From Spirochaetota bacterium (GTDB lineage Bacteria > Spirochaetota > UBA4802 > UBA5550), in assembly GCA_963664815.2 (NCBI GenBank), contig CAXXHB010000003.1, positions 2,752,001 through 2,816,000 of the forward strand: DNA of 64,000 nt, written 5' to 3'. Shown piece by piece: positions 19,251 to 27,628 of this stretch (its first letter is position 1; each line of letters starts with the position of its first letter). The notes beneath the pieces are model-generated. The model ran no database searches. It worked only from the letters and a program-made list of their open reading frames with translations, and was not told where the DNA came from. A program made the translations under genes and the position numbers.

Positions 19251-19901
19251 TTATTTATTGAATGAATAATTTTTTGTAATACTTCCAATTACTTTAAAAT
19301 GTTCAGACAATATGTCTTTGCATTCTTCATTACTTATTTGACCAGTCTCTATGAGAAGATGATATTTTTCATAGGATTCTAAAGTGATACTTTTTATTCT
19401 TTGTAAAGATTCATAGTATAATCGCACATCTTCATTCTTTTCCAAAATTTCCCAATTAGGGAACAACTTATCGCATAAAATATCTATATCCCATCTTTCA
19501 ATTGGACGTAGGAGTATACTTTCATCAATTACGTTTTCAAACTCAACTCTTTTAACTTCAAAGGTATTTATTGCACTTCTATTCCCTTCATCACCATTAT
19601 GAACTACTGTTACTGTTCTTTTCTTACTTTTGCATTCTTCATATTCCAAATCAATAAATAAAGCATCTTTCATTTGTTTAAGAATTCCATATTTTCCATC
19701 CAGATGCTCCTTAAGATTACCTGACTTTATTACGTAGCTACAGTAATCTCCAGTCGTTTCATTTTCCAATGCAACAACATCTTTACCTTGTTCTCCATAT
19801 CTACCTTTACTCGGTTTCATTAAAATTCTTTGACCAAGAATCAGATTCGTATAATCTATAATTAAGCTATCTAAAAATCCATCTTCTTTGATTGATGCCA
19901 A
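19251..19901 (-). CDS. Restriction-endonuclease-like protein, 5' end possibly disrupted
   Basis: LASIKE...LDSL...EQGKDVVA...YVIKSGNL...ERWD; ORF track uses a TTG start just after an in-frame TAA (19911-19913). Confidence 0.55.
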   Translation of the reverse strand: MASIKEDGFLDSLIIDYTNLILGQRILMKPSKGRYGEQGKDVVALENETTGDYCSYVIKSGNLKEHLDGKYGILKQMKDALFIDLEYEECKSKKRTVTVVHNGDEGNRSAINTFEVKRVEFENVIDESILLRPIERWDIDILCDKLFPNWEILEKNEDVRLYYESLQRIKSITLESYEKYHLLIETGQISNEECKDILSEHFKVIGSITKNYSFNK

Positions 19902-19952
19902 AAAGATTTTTTAAGTTTGTTTTAGATGCACCTGGTGAATAGATCATCCATA

Positions 19953-21866
19953 TCACCTTTTAGGCATTGACTTTATATGCAATTTTCTTAAAGCCATTCC
20001 TTCTGGATCTATGATCTCTAATCTGGGAAATTCAATAGATGTACTGAATTCTTTAAAATCAGATTTTTCACCAAGAGTCTTTTCATTAAGAATACTCCAG
20101 CTTGTTCCATAAAGGACTTCCGTACTTCGGGCTAAATTATAAAAAATTGATTTAGACTTTGAATCTTTTGAAACTTGTCCTGAAAATAACTGCATTTTTC
20201 TTTTTAAAGCCTTATCATATCCGGGAAATGAGAATGTTGATATAGTAAGCTCTGAATTAGATTTAAGATTATTAAAATAGTTATCTGAGATTTCAATTAT
20301 ATCTTTTAATAAAGAAGATGGTAAATCGATCTTCTTCCATCGTTCAAGACACTCACCCGGATAATTAAGAGCTTGAAGAGCCATTTCATTTTTAAAAATA
20401 CCTTGAAGTTCTTCATTAACATCACGGTAATATGGTTCAAGCATAAGTAAATAATCTGAAACTTGTTTGCTTAAAGTAGGGTAATTTATAAATTCATAGA
20501 TAATTAATTCGAGTATTGGCTCACTGACTTCAATTTGATTTATTGTTTGTTGTTTTTGTTCTGGCAAGATATTGTAAATTAAAAAACCAAATTTTCTCTT
20601 TTCAATTTCTCTCGAAAAAATATAGTTAGATAAAGATTGAATAAAACTTGATGAGATCACTTCATTTTTTAAATGATTAAAATGCTTACTAAACTTATCA
20701 CAAAAAACCATACAATCAACTAAAAGAACTTTATCTATGATATCTTTAAAATCATTTATATTATTTTTTAATCTATCGACTATATAATCCTCTAGTTGCA
20801 TCCATGTACCATTTTGGTCTTCAGGTAATGGCAACATCATCTCAATAAAAATATTTGCCTCTTTTACTGATATAGGCGAATTTGCAATGTTTTCTTTTGA
20901 CAACAAACGCCAGAAAAGATCTATGATATAATACTTTACTTTATCTGTTACAAACTTAGGTATTACTTTGTTATACCATATTTTTATGAATCTTAATAAT
21001 TCACTGTTCTGCTGATTTAACAAAAAACATCGATATAATGTAATAAAAGCTTCTTCATTTTCTGATATTTCACCATTCAACATATCATTAAGCTCGATAT
21101 CAAGTGATTGAATACTCAAAGCCCCAAGAATAAATGTATTAACTAATGACTTATAGTAACAAATTCTTAGTTGTATTTTATTAGAATGCTTAAGTTCACA
21201 ATCCCATTTATTAACATATTGCGCAATTTCAGAATCAGTTTCCTTTTTTGAGCGAAGTATGCCGAGGATTATTGATGCTAAACGTTGCCTTGTTATTTCA
21301 TTATTGATTGAAATTTCAGATAGATACTTTTCAAATACTAATTTTGAATTATTGCTCTCGTTTAGAACATAATTCTCAAAACCTTCATAAAATGGTCCAC
21401 CGGCTAAATCATTTTTTATACGTATTGCAAGATTATAAAACCAGCCAGAAGCAAAATCAGGTTCTAACTCGACTTCTTTACAAAAATCTGGAAGAATTTG
21501 AATAAATGTCCAAAAATCTATGCTTTCATTATTTAGGAGTAAATTTAATAATTGATGCTTCTCCGAAGGACTAATTCTGTTAAGACAATTATTCCATATT
21601 GCAAAAAGAAATTTCTTTGAAACAGAATTATATCCAATCAACAATTGTAATTTTTTAGCAGTTGAATAAAATGTTTCATTTATAGGAATTGATAACGGGA
21701 AAAGTTTAGAAGTAATCAAATCATAATCGTTTAAATTTAACAAATTGATCTCATCTTCAATTTCAGATCTTAATTCTTTGAAATGCTTTAGTGGTTCTTC
21801 CCAATCTCGCTTTTCTACGACTGCATCAATTACTTCTAATATTATTTTCATTACTAACACTATCAC
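19953..21866 (-). CDS. Large hypothetical protein, predicted alpha-helical
   Basis: 637-aa AT-rich ORF rich in L/I/E/K; C-terminal LNYPG...SIEFPRLEIIDPEG; no Walker A. Confidence 0.7.
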   Translation of the reverse strand: MIVLVMKIILEVIDAVVEKRDWEEPLKHFKELRSEIEDEINLLNLNDYDLITSKLFPLSIPINETFYSTAKKLQLLIGYNSVSKKFLFAIWNNCLNRISPSEKHQLLNLLLNNESIDFWTFIQILPDFCKEVELEPDFASGWFYNLAIRIKNDLAGGPFYEGFENYVLNESNNSKLVFEKYLSEISINNEITRQRLASIILGILRSKKETDSEIAQYVNKWDCELKHSNKIQLRICYYKSLVNTFILGALSIQSLDIELNDMLNGEISENEEAFITLYRCFLLNQQNSELLRFIKIWYNKVIPKFVTDKVKYYIIDLFWRLLSKENIANSPISVKEANIFIEMMLPLPEDQNGTWMQLEDYIVDRLKNNINDFKDIIDKVLLVDCMVFCDKFSKHFNHLKNEVISSSFIQSLSNYIFSREIEKRKFGFLIYNILPEQKQQTINQIEVSEPILELIIYEFINYPTLSKQVSDYLLMLEPYYRDVNEELQGIFKNEMALQALNYPGECLERWKKIDLPSSLLKDIIEISDNYFNNLKSNSELTISTFSFPGYDKALKRKMQLFSGQVSKDSKSKSIFYNLARSTEVLYGTSWSILNEKTLGEKSDFKEFSTSIEFPRLEIIDPEGMALRKLHIKSMPKR

Positions 21867-21922
21867 CCTTTCAATCTATTCCAGTTTTAAATCATCACTT
21901 ATCGAATTATGCAGGTTCTTCC

Positions 21923-24900
21923 TCAAACCCCAACATTATCAACTCCCAATATCCTCTTTATCGTATCCTGCATCGCTTTCTTGAATCCTTCATCCTGCGA
22001 CACAAGACGGTACAGGTCGAGTTCATTTTTACGCTGTTTCCCCATTACATCTTCGAATATTTTATTGAATGCCATATCCCTTGTTTCATAATCAGAATTC
22101 TCTTCATACTTTTCTTTGAAATCAGGGTGACTTCTCATCTTCTGTGCAAGCGTTAACAGTTTAACTTTTCGTTCATCGGGAGTAGCATCCCATCCCCTGA
22201 ACCAGCGTTCATTAAAACTTTGAATTATAACATCTAAGGGGTCTTCAATGCCTGTAGTATGCGCGCCTCGCGGATTAGGGTTTTGAGGATCAACCTCAGT
22301 TTCCGAAGCATCAAGTCCGATATTTACATTCAGCTTAACCCGTTCCAGTCCATAGGTAGAAAGGTCAACGGAGTTTAATAACTCATCAAGGAGGTCCTTG
22401 TCAGGATCAGTAATAATCATTTCAGGTATTAAAAACTTTAAAAACCAAAAGAGCTTTTCCCATGTAACCATTTCATATGGCATGATAGAGGCCATCTGGC
22501 CGTATATTTTAACAAACTGTTTTGCCTTTATCTTGTAGTCGGCTTTTTCTATTTCATCAAGCTCAAGGGTTGTGTTGAATCTTTCAGCGGCAACAGCTAT
22601 AATCGGGCTTAGTTCCTGCGAGTTCACACCCTGGAAATACTTAATGTTAAAATCCTCCACTTCATCCCATTCGCAAACCCCCGCGTCATCCAGTGTGGAT
22701 TTCAGTTCATGCAGTACGTTTACATCTGTAGCCTTGCTTAATGATGTGGATGTATAAAAGGGATCGAATGATTTTTTAATATCATCGGTTGTATTATAAA
22801 AATCAAGTATAAAGAGGTCTTCTGTTTTTTTCCCGAGTTTATCACATGAGCGGTTGAGTCTTGATAATGCCTGAACAGCCATTACATCCTGCAGTTTTTT
22901 ATCGACGTACATGGCAGTAAGCTTAGGCTGGTCAAATCCGGTGAGGTACTTATTGGCAACTACCAGAATGCGGTATTCATCCATATCGAAATATCTGGCA
23001 ATTTTATCGCTTATATAACCGGGATCTGTAGGTTTGGCAGTGTCCAGTTCCGGAGGAAAATTGTTTATAATATCCTCCGTGTATTCAATACCGTTTACTC
23101 TCTTTGTTCCGGAGAATGCTATGGCAATCCTGAATGGGTATCCGGTTTTCTCTAATAATCCTTTTAATGCAAAATAGTAATTTATTGCTGATTCAATGCT
23201 CTGCGTTGCAACAATTGCTTTTGCTTTACCCTTGAGTTTCTTTGTATTAACAATCCTTGAAGTAAAATGCTCCAGCATAATCTGTGCTTTGACTGCAATT
23301 GTATCTTTGTTCTGCTCGACAAATATTTTAAGTTTATTCTGTGCTTTTGCAGTATCGAATAACGGATTCTCTTTGATTGATTTAATTATTTCGTAATAGC
23401 TTCTGTAGGTTGTATAATTGGACAGAACATCAAGAATAAAACCCTCTTCTATTGCCTGCTTCATTGAGTAAAGATGAAACGGTTTAAATTTACCGTCAGG
23501 CTGTTTTACTCCGAACTTTTCCAATGTGGAATTTTTCGGTGTTGCGGTAAAGGCAAAATACGATGCATTCCCTTTCATCTTCCTTGAACGCATTGTTTCC
23601 AGGATTACATCCTGCGGGTCAGTATCTTCATCCTGTTCATCTGCCGAAATGTTCCCCATAGCCTGGTTCATTTTCCCGGCGGCCAGTCCCCCCTGGCTGC
23701 TGTGTGCCTCGTCAATAATAACTGCAAAACGTTTATCGCTCAGATCGGCTATACCATCGACAATAAAGGGGAACTTCTGAATTGTTGTGATGATAACTTT
23801 TTTACCGCTTTCCAGTGCCAGTTTTAAATCGGAGGATGAATATGCCGGTGCTACAATATTCTTAACCTCCGAGAATTCTTTAATATTCTCCCGAAGCTGT
23901 TTGTCAAGCAGCCGTCTGTCTGTAACTACAATTACAGAATCGAATAACGGATTTGAAATACCTTTGCTCCCCGGAACCGAATCATTTTCAGGATATGTTT
24001 CTATGAGCTGATAAGCGGCCCATGTTATCGAATTTGATTTCCCCGAACCTGCGGAGTGCTGAATAAGGTAAGTCTGCCCCACACCTTTTACACCTGCATC
24101 GGCGATCAGTCTCCTCACTACATCCAGCTGGTGATACCGCGGGAAGTATAAAGTCTTTTTATTTAACGGGTCAGTATCTTTACCATCAAATCTAACAAAA
24201 TGCTGAATGATATTTGCAATGCTCTCCCGTGTAAATATCTCCTCCCATAAATATGATGTTTTGTGACCATGAGGGTTTACCGGGTTACCCTTACCAAAGT
24301 TGTTTCCCAGGTTAAACGGGAGAAAGAAAGTTTCAGCTCCATTGAGCCTCGTGGTCATATATACTTCGTCTGTGTCAAGGGTGAAGTGGACTATACAGCG
24401 GCCAAAGTTAAGCAGGGGCTGTGATATATCTCTTTTAAATTTATACTGGTTCTGTCCATGAACTTTAGCGTTCTGCCCTGTCCACCGGTTTTTTAATTCT
24501 ATTGTAGCAAATGGCAGACCATTGGCAAAGAGCACCATGTCTATCTCCTCGCCAGGATTGCCTACGGAATAGCGCAGCTGCCGTGTAACGCTGAACTGGT
24601 TGTTTTTAAAATTATTTTTTACCGTTTCACTGCTGCTTGCAAGGGGTAATGGATACAGCATGGTAAAATGAGCATCATCAACATCAAGTCCTTTACGGAA
24701 AATACGGATTACGCCGTATTTCTTAATCATCCGGTCAAGCCTTTCCAGAATCTTCAGTTTCCAGTCACCCTGTTTCTGTAGCTTTAATAATTCATCCCTT
24801 TGAGTGTCCTGAAGAAAACTGAATAGACGGTATTCATCAATAGCCAGCTTTGCGTTAAAGTCTTCGGGTGTACTTATGTAGTAATTATTACCGCAGCGGT

Positions 24901-25027
24901 ATAATTCGGGATGTTCATTAACCATGCTTAAGGCAATACCCTTCTCTTTTAACTCCTCAAGGCATGTGCCAGTAAGACATTTTTCAATAGCAGATTCCAG
25001 AGCCTGTTCATTGGTTTTGCTTTGCAT
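21923..25027 (-). CDS. hsdR: Type I restriction enzyme R subunit
   Basis: IDMVLFANG...IELK, QHSAGSGKS, DEAH, FTATP, TGFD. Confidence 0.95.
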   Translation of the reverse strand: MQSKTNEQALESAIEKCLTGTCLEELKEKGIALSMVNEHPELYRCGNNYYISTPEDFNAKLAIDEYRLFSFLQDTQRDELLKLQKQGDWKLKILERLDRMIKKYGVIRIFRKGLDVDDAHFTMLYPLPLASSSETVKNNFKNNQFSVTRQLRYSVGNPGEEIDMVLFANGLPFATIELKNRWTGQNAKVHGQNQYKFKRDISQPLLNFGRCIVHFTLDTDEVYMTTRLNGAETFFLPFNLGNNFGKGNPVNPHGHKTSYLWEEIFTRESIANIIQHFVRFDGKDTDPLNKKTLYFPRYHQLDVVRRLIADAGVKGVGQTYLIQHSAGSGKSNSITWAAYQLIETYPENDSVPGSKGISNPLFDSVIVVTDRRLLDKQLRENIKEFSEVKNIVAPAYSSSDLKLALESGKKVIITTIQKFPFIVDGIADLSDKRFAVIIDEAHSSQGGLAAGKMNQAMGNISADEQDEDTDPQDVILETMRSRKMKGNASYFAFTATPKNSTLEKFGVKQPDGKFKPFHLYSMKQAIEEGFILDVLSNYTTYRSYYEIIKSIKENPLFDTAKAQNKLKIFVEQNKDTIAVKAQIMLEHFTSRIVNTKKLKGKAKAIVATQSIESAINYYFALKGLLEKTGYPFRIAIAFSGTKRVNGIEYTEDIINNFPPELDTAKPTDPGYISDKIARYFDMDEYRILVVANKYLTGFDQPKLTAMYVDKKLQDVMAVQALSRLNRSCDKLGKKTEDLFILDFYNTTDDIKKSFDPFYTSTSLSKATDVNVLHELKSTLDDAGVCEWDEVEDFNIKYFQGVNSQELSPIIAVAAERFNTTLELDEIEKADYKIKAKQFVKIYGQMASIMPYEMVTWEKLFWFLKFLIPEMIITDPDKDLLDELLNSVDLSTYGLERVKLNVNIGLDASETEVDPQNPNPRGAHTTGIEDPLDVIIQSFNERWFRGWDATPDERKVKLLTLAQKMRSHPDFKEKYEENSDYETRDMAFNKIFEDVMGKQRKNELDLYRLVSQDEGFKKAMQDTIKRILGVDNVGV

Positions 25028-25029
25028 AA

Positions 25030-26382
25030 TTAACTCACTTTTATTTTTCCTGTAACAGCATTATTTATAAGCGTGGATTTATATTCTTTTAGTTTTTCGA
25101 TTTCTTTTTCTTTGAGAGAGATGGCGTTGGAGAATTTGGCAGTTGTATTTTCAATATATTCTGAAATCTTTCCTTGCTCATCTATTGAAGGCAAAGGAAT
25201 AATAAAGTTCTTTATAGCTTGAAAATTCAATCCTTCTCTTCCACCACCTTGTTGGAAAAACCAAATTTGCCCCTGTCCAATTTCGGAAGCTAATAGACTA
25301 TTAAGGAATATCGAAGCTATATTTTTTGATGGTCTAACAATACAAACATGTTGATTTACATTGATTGGGAAATCCACATCAATATAATGACAACGTCCAA
25401 TTGATCCACCTGTAATATTCAAGAGTACATCCCCTTTTTTAACTTGACTATTACTCATGGAACTGTGTGTCTTTTCAGATATATATGCTACACCTTCAAA
25501 TTCAATCTTACCGAACATAATATTTTGACTTCTCAATAAAGGAATACCACTATCCAAGTAATTTACCCCCCCTCCTGAAGGGGTTATTCCACTACCGATC
25601 TTAGTTGAAATATGTTTAATTCTTTTAACTTCCCAATGTTCCGGGATCTCTCCGATCCATTCTACACCGCTATTTTTCATTTTAATATCAGGATTAAGAC
25701 CGCGTGTAACTGCGTTGTTTATTAGAATCTGCCTACGTTCTTTAAGCAGTTCAATTTGTTTTTCTTTGATGTCTATGGCCTGATCTATCAGGGCGGTTTT
25801 GCGGTCGAGGAAGTTGGCTATTGCGAGTTGTTCAGGGAGAGAAGGAATTGCAATAAATGTACTTAAAATTGCCCCCTGTGAAATTCCATAACGTGTAACA
25901 CCATTTGCATTGACACTAAAATGTGTCTTAATATATGGACTCGTTAATGCTCTATGCAAAAAATTACCGATAATTATGTCCGTTGGTCTTAGTATTGCCA
26001 AATGATAAGCACATATTAAATTATATTCTTCATATTTAACAAAAGATGGAACACCTATATCTAACCAGTCTTCTGAATCCTTAGTAATAATTACATCATC
26101 ATATTTTATTTTGAAACGGTTAATTTCATCTACTGATGCGGTCGCTTGCATAAAATCAATTTCCGATGTTATATAGTCATTTTTATATACATCAACATAA
26201 TTACAGAGTTTTACTGGTTTCTCCAAGAGTTTAGTATGTTTATCAACGTTACTTACAATCATTTCGCATATATTTTTTAATCTCCACACTTTCCATCCCT
26301 CAGGTATTTCGCCAAGCATTACCACACCGGAATCTTTATATGCTGGATATTTCTTATATTTAATTTCAGTCTTCATTTTCAC
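25030..26382 (-). CDS. hsdS: Type I RM specificity subunit
   Basis: Two TRDs with conserved GEIPxxW and PS..EQ..I...LD repeats. Confidence 0.93.
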   Translation of the reverse strand: MKMKTEIKYKKYPAYKDSGVVMLGEIPEGWKVWRLKNICEMIVSNVDKHTKLLEKPVKLCNYVDVYKNDYITSEIDFMQATASVDEINRFKIKYDDVIITKDSEDWLDIGVPSFVKYEEYNLICAYHLAILRPTDIIIGNFLHRALTSPYIKTHFSVNANGVTRYGISQGAILSTFIAIPSLPEQLAIANFLDRKTALIDQAIDIKEKQIELLKERRQILINNAVTRGLNPDIKMKNSGVEWIGEIPEHWEVKRIKHISTKIGSGITPSGGGVNYLDSGIPLLRSQNIMFGKIEFEGVAYISEKTHSSMSNSQVKKGDVLLNITGGSIGRCHYIDVDFPINVNQHVCIVRPSKNIASIFLNSLLASEIGQGQIWFFQQGGGREGLNFQAIKNFIIPLPSIDEQGKISEYIENTTAKFSNAISLKEKEIEKLKEYKSTLINNAVTGKIKVS

Positions 26383-26422
26383 TTTTTTTCTTTCAATATG
26401 TTTTATGCATCATAAACAGGTG

Positions 26423-26574
26423 CCCTCACCCGGCCGTGCCTATCGACCGGCCACCCTCTCCCGTCTGCGGCGGGCGAGGGTTTTTATCTGCCAGAAACTG
26501 TTTCAGGTTAACTACCCTCTCCCGGCCGAAGGCGGGGAGAGGGTGCTCCAGCGTCAGCGTCGAGCGGGTGAGGG
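26423..26574. repeat. 152-bp palindromic cassette, copy 1
   Basis: Ends CCCTCACCCG / CGGGTGAGGG; internal hairpin CCCTCTCCCGGCCGAAGGCGGGGAGAGGG. Confidence 0.92.
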
Positions 26575-26581
26575 CGCATAT

Positions 26582-26917
26582 TCAGTTTATACAACCCTTA
26601 ATCCTTTCTAGCAGTATATTTATATCTCTGTTTACCTCATCATTAGTGACACGGATAAATCTTATACCTTCATCCTCAATAAGCATCTGCCTCAACTCGT
26701 CGTAATCTTTCTGTTTACTATGAACTGCTCCATCTATTTCTATCGCAAGCTTAAGTTCATGACAATAGAAATCCACCACAAAACCTTCAATCACATGCTG
26801 CCGCCTGAACTTCAGGTTCATAGATTTTCTGTTTCGCAAAGCCTCCCACACTTTGGATTCTTCCGGTGTCTGTTCCTTGCGTAACTCTCTGGCAAAAATT
26901 TTCTTTATGTATTTCAT
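26582..26917 (-). CDS. DUF559 (Vsr-like) endonuclease, copy 1
   Basis: ARELRKEQTPEE...KFRRQH...VDFYC...IEIDG..H. Confidence 0.9.
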   Translation of the reverse strand: MKYIKKIFARELRKEQTPEESKVWEALRNRKSMNLKFRRQHVIEGFVVDFYCHELKLAIEIDGAVHSKQKDYDELRQMLIEDEGIRFIRVTNDEVNRDINILLERIKGCIN

Positions 26918-26944
26918 AAAACTGTCTCTGTTTTTAAACCAGCA

Positions 26945-27096
26945 CCCTCACCCGGCCGTGCCTATCGACCGGCCACCCTCTCCCGTCTGCGGCGAGCGAG
27001 GGTTTTTATCTGCCAGAAACTGTTTCAGGTTAACTACCCTCTCCCGGCCGAAGGCGGGGAGAGGGTGCTCCAGCGTCAGCGTCGAGCGGGTGAGGG
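26945..27096. repeat. 152-bp palindromic cassette, copy 2
   Basis: 522 bp from copy 1, near-identical. Confidence 0.92.
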
Positions 27097-27103
27097 CGCA
27101 TAT

Positions 27104-27439
27104 TCAGTTTATACAACCCTTAATCCTTTCTAGCAGTATATTTATATCTCTGTTTACCTCATCATTAGTGACACGGATAAATCTTATACCTTCATCCTCA
27201 ATAAGCATCTGCCTCAACTCGTCGTAATCTTTCTGTTTACTATGAACTGCTCCATCTATTTCTATCGCAAGCTTAAGTTCATGACAATAGAAATCCACCA
27301 CAAAACCTTCAATCACATGCTGCCGCCTGAACTTCAGGTTCATAGATTTTCTGTTTCGCAAAGCCTCCCACACTTTGGATTCTTCCGGTGTCTGTTCCTT
27401 GCGTAACTCTCTGGCAAAAATTTTCTTTATGTATTTCAT
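27104..27439 (-). CDS. DUF559 endonuclease, copy 2 (identical protein)
   Basis: Same 111-aa translation as 26582..26917. Confidence 0.9.
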   Translation of the reverse strand: MKYIKKIFARELRKEQTPEESKVWEALRNRKSMNLKFRRQHVIEGFVVDFYCHELKLAIEIDGAVHSKQKDYDELRQMLIEDEGIRFIRVTNDEVNRDINILLERIKGCIN

Positions 27440-27466
27440 AAAACTGTCTCTGTTTTTAAACCAGCA

Positions 27467-27618
27467 CCCTCACCCGGCCGTGCCTATCGGCCGGCCACCC
27501 TCTCCCGTCTGCGGCGAGTGAGGGTTTTTATCTGCCAGAAACTGTTTCAGGTTAACTACCCTCTCCCGGCCGAAGGCGGGGAGAGGGTGCTCCAGCGTCA
27601 GCGTCGAGCGGGTGAGGG
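27467..27618. repeat. 152-bp palindromic cassette, copy 3
   Basis: 522 bp from copy 2, a few substitutions. Confidence 0.92.
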
Positions 27619-27628
27619 CGCATACAGT

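Noticed and set aside
26405-27227. Plus-strand ORFs 26405..26611, 26436..26705, 26853..27227
   Set aside because: Repeat-derived or antisense to DUF559
25030-27618. hsdS shufflon
   Set aside because: Only one hsdS, no silent TRDs and no recombinase; the repeats flank DUF559, not TRDs
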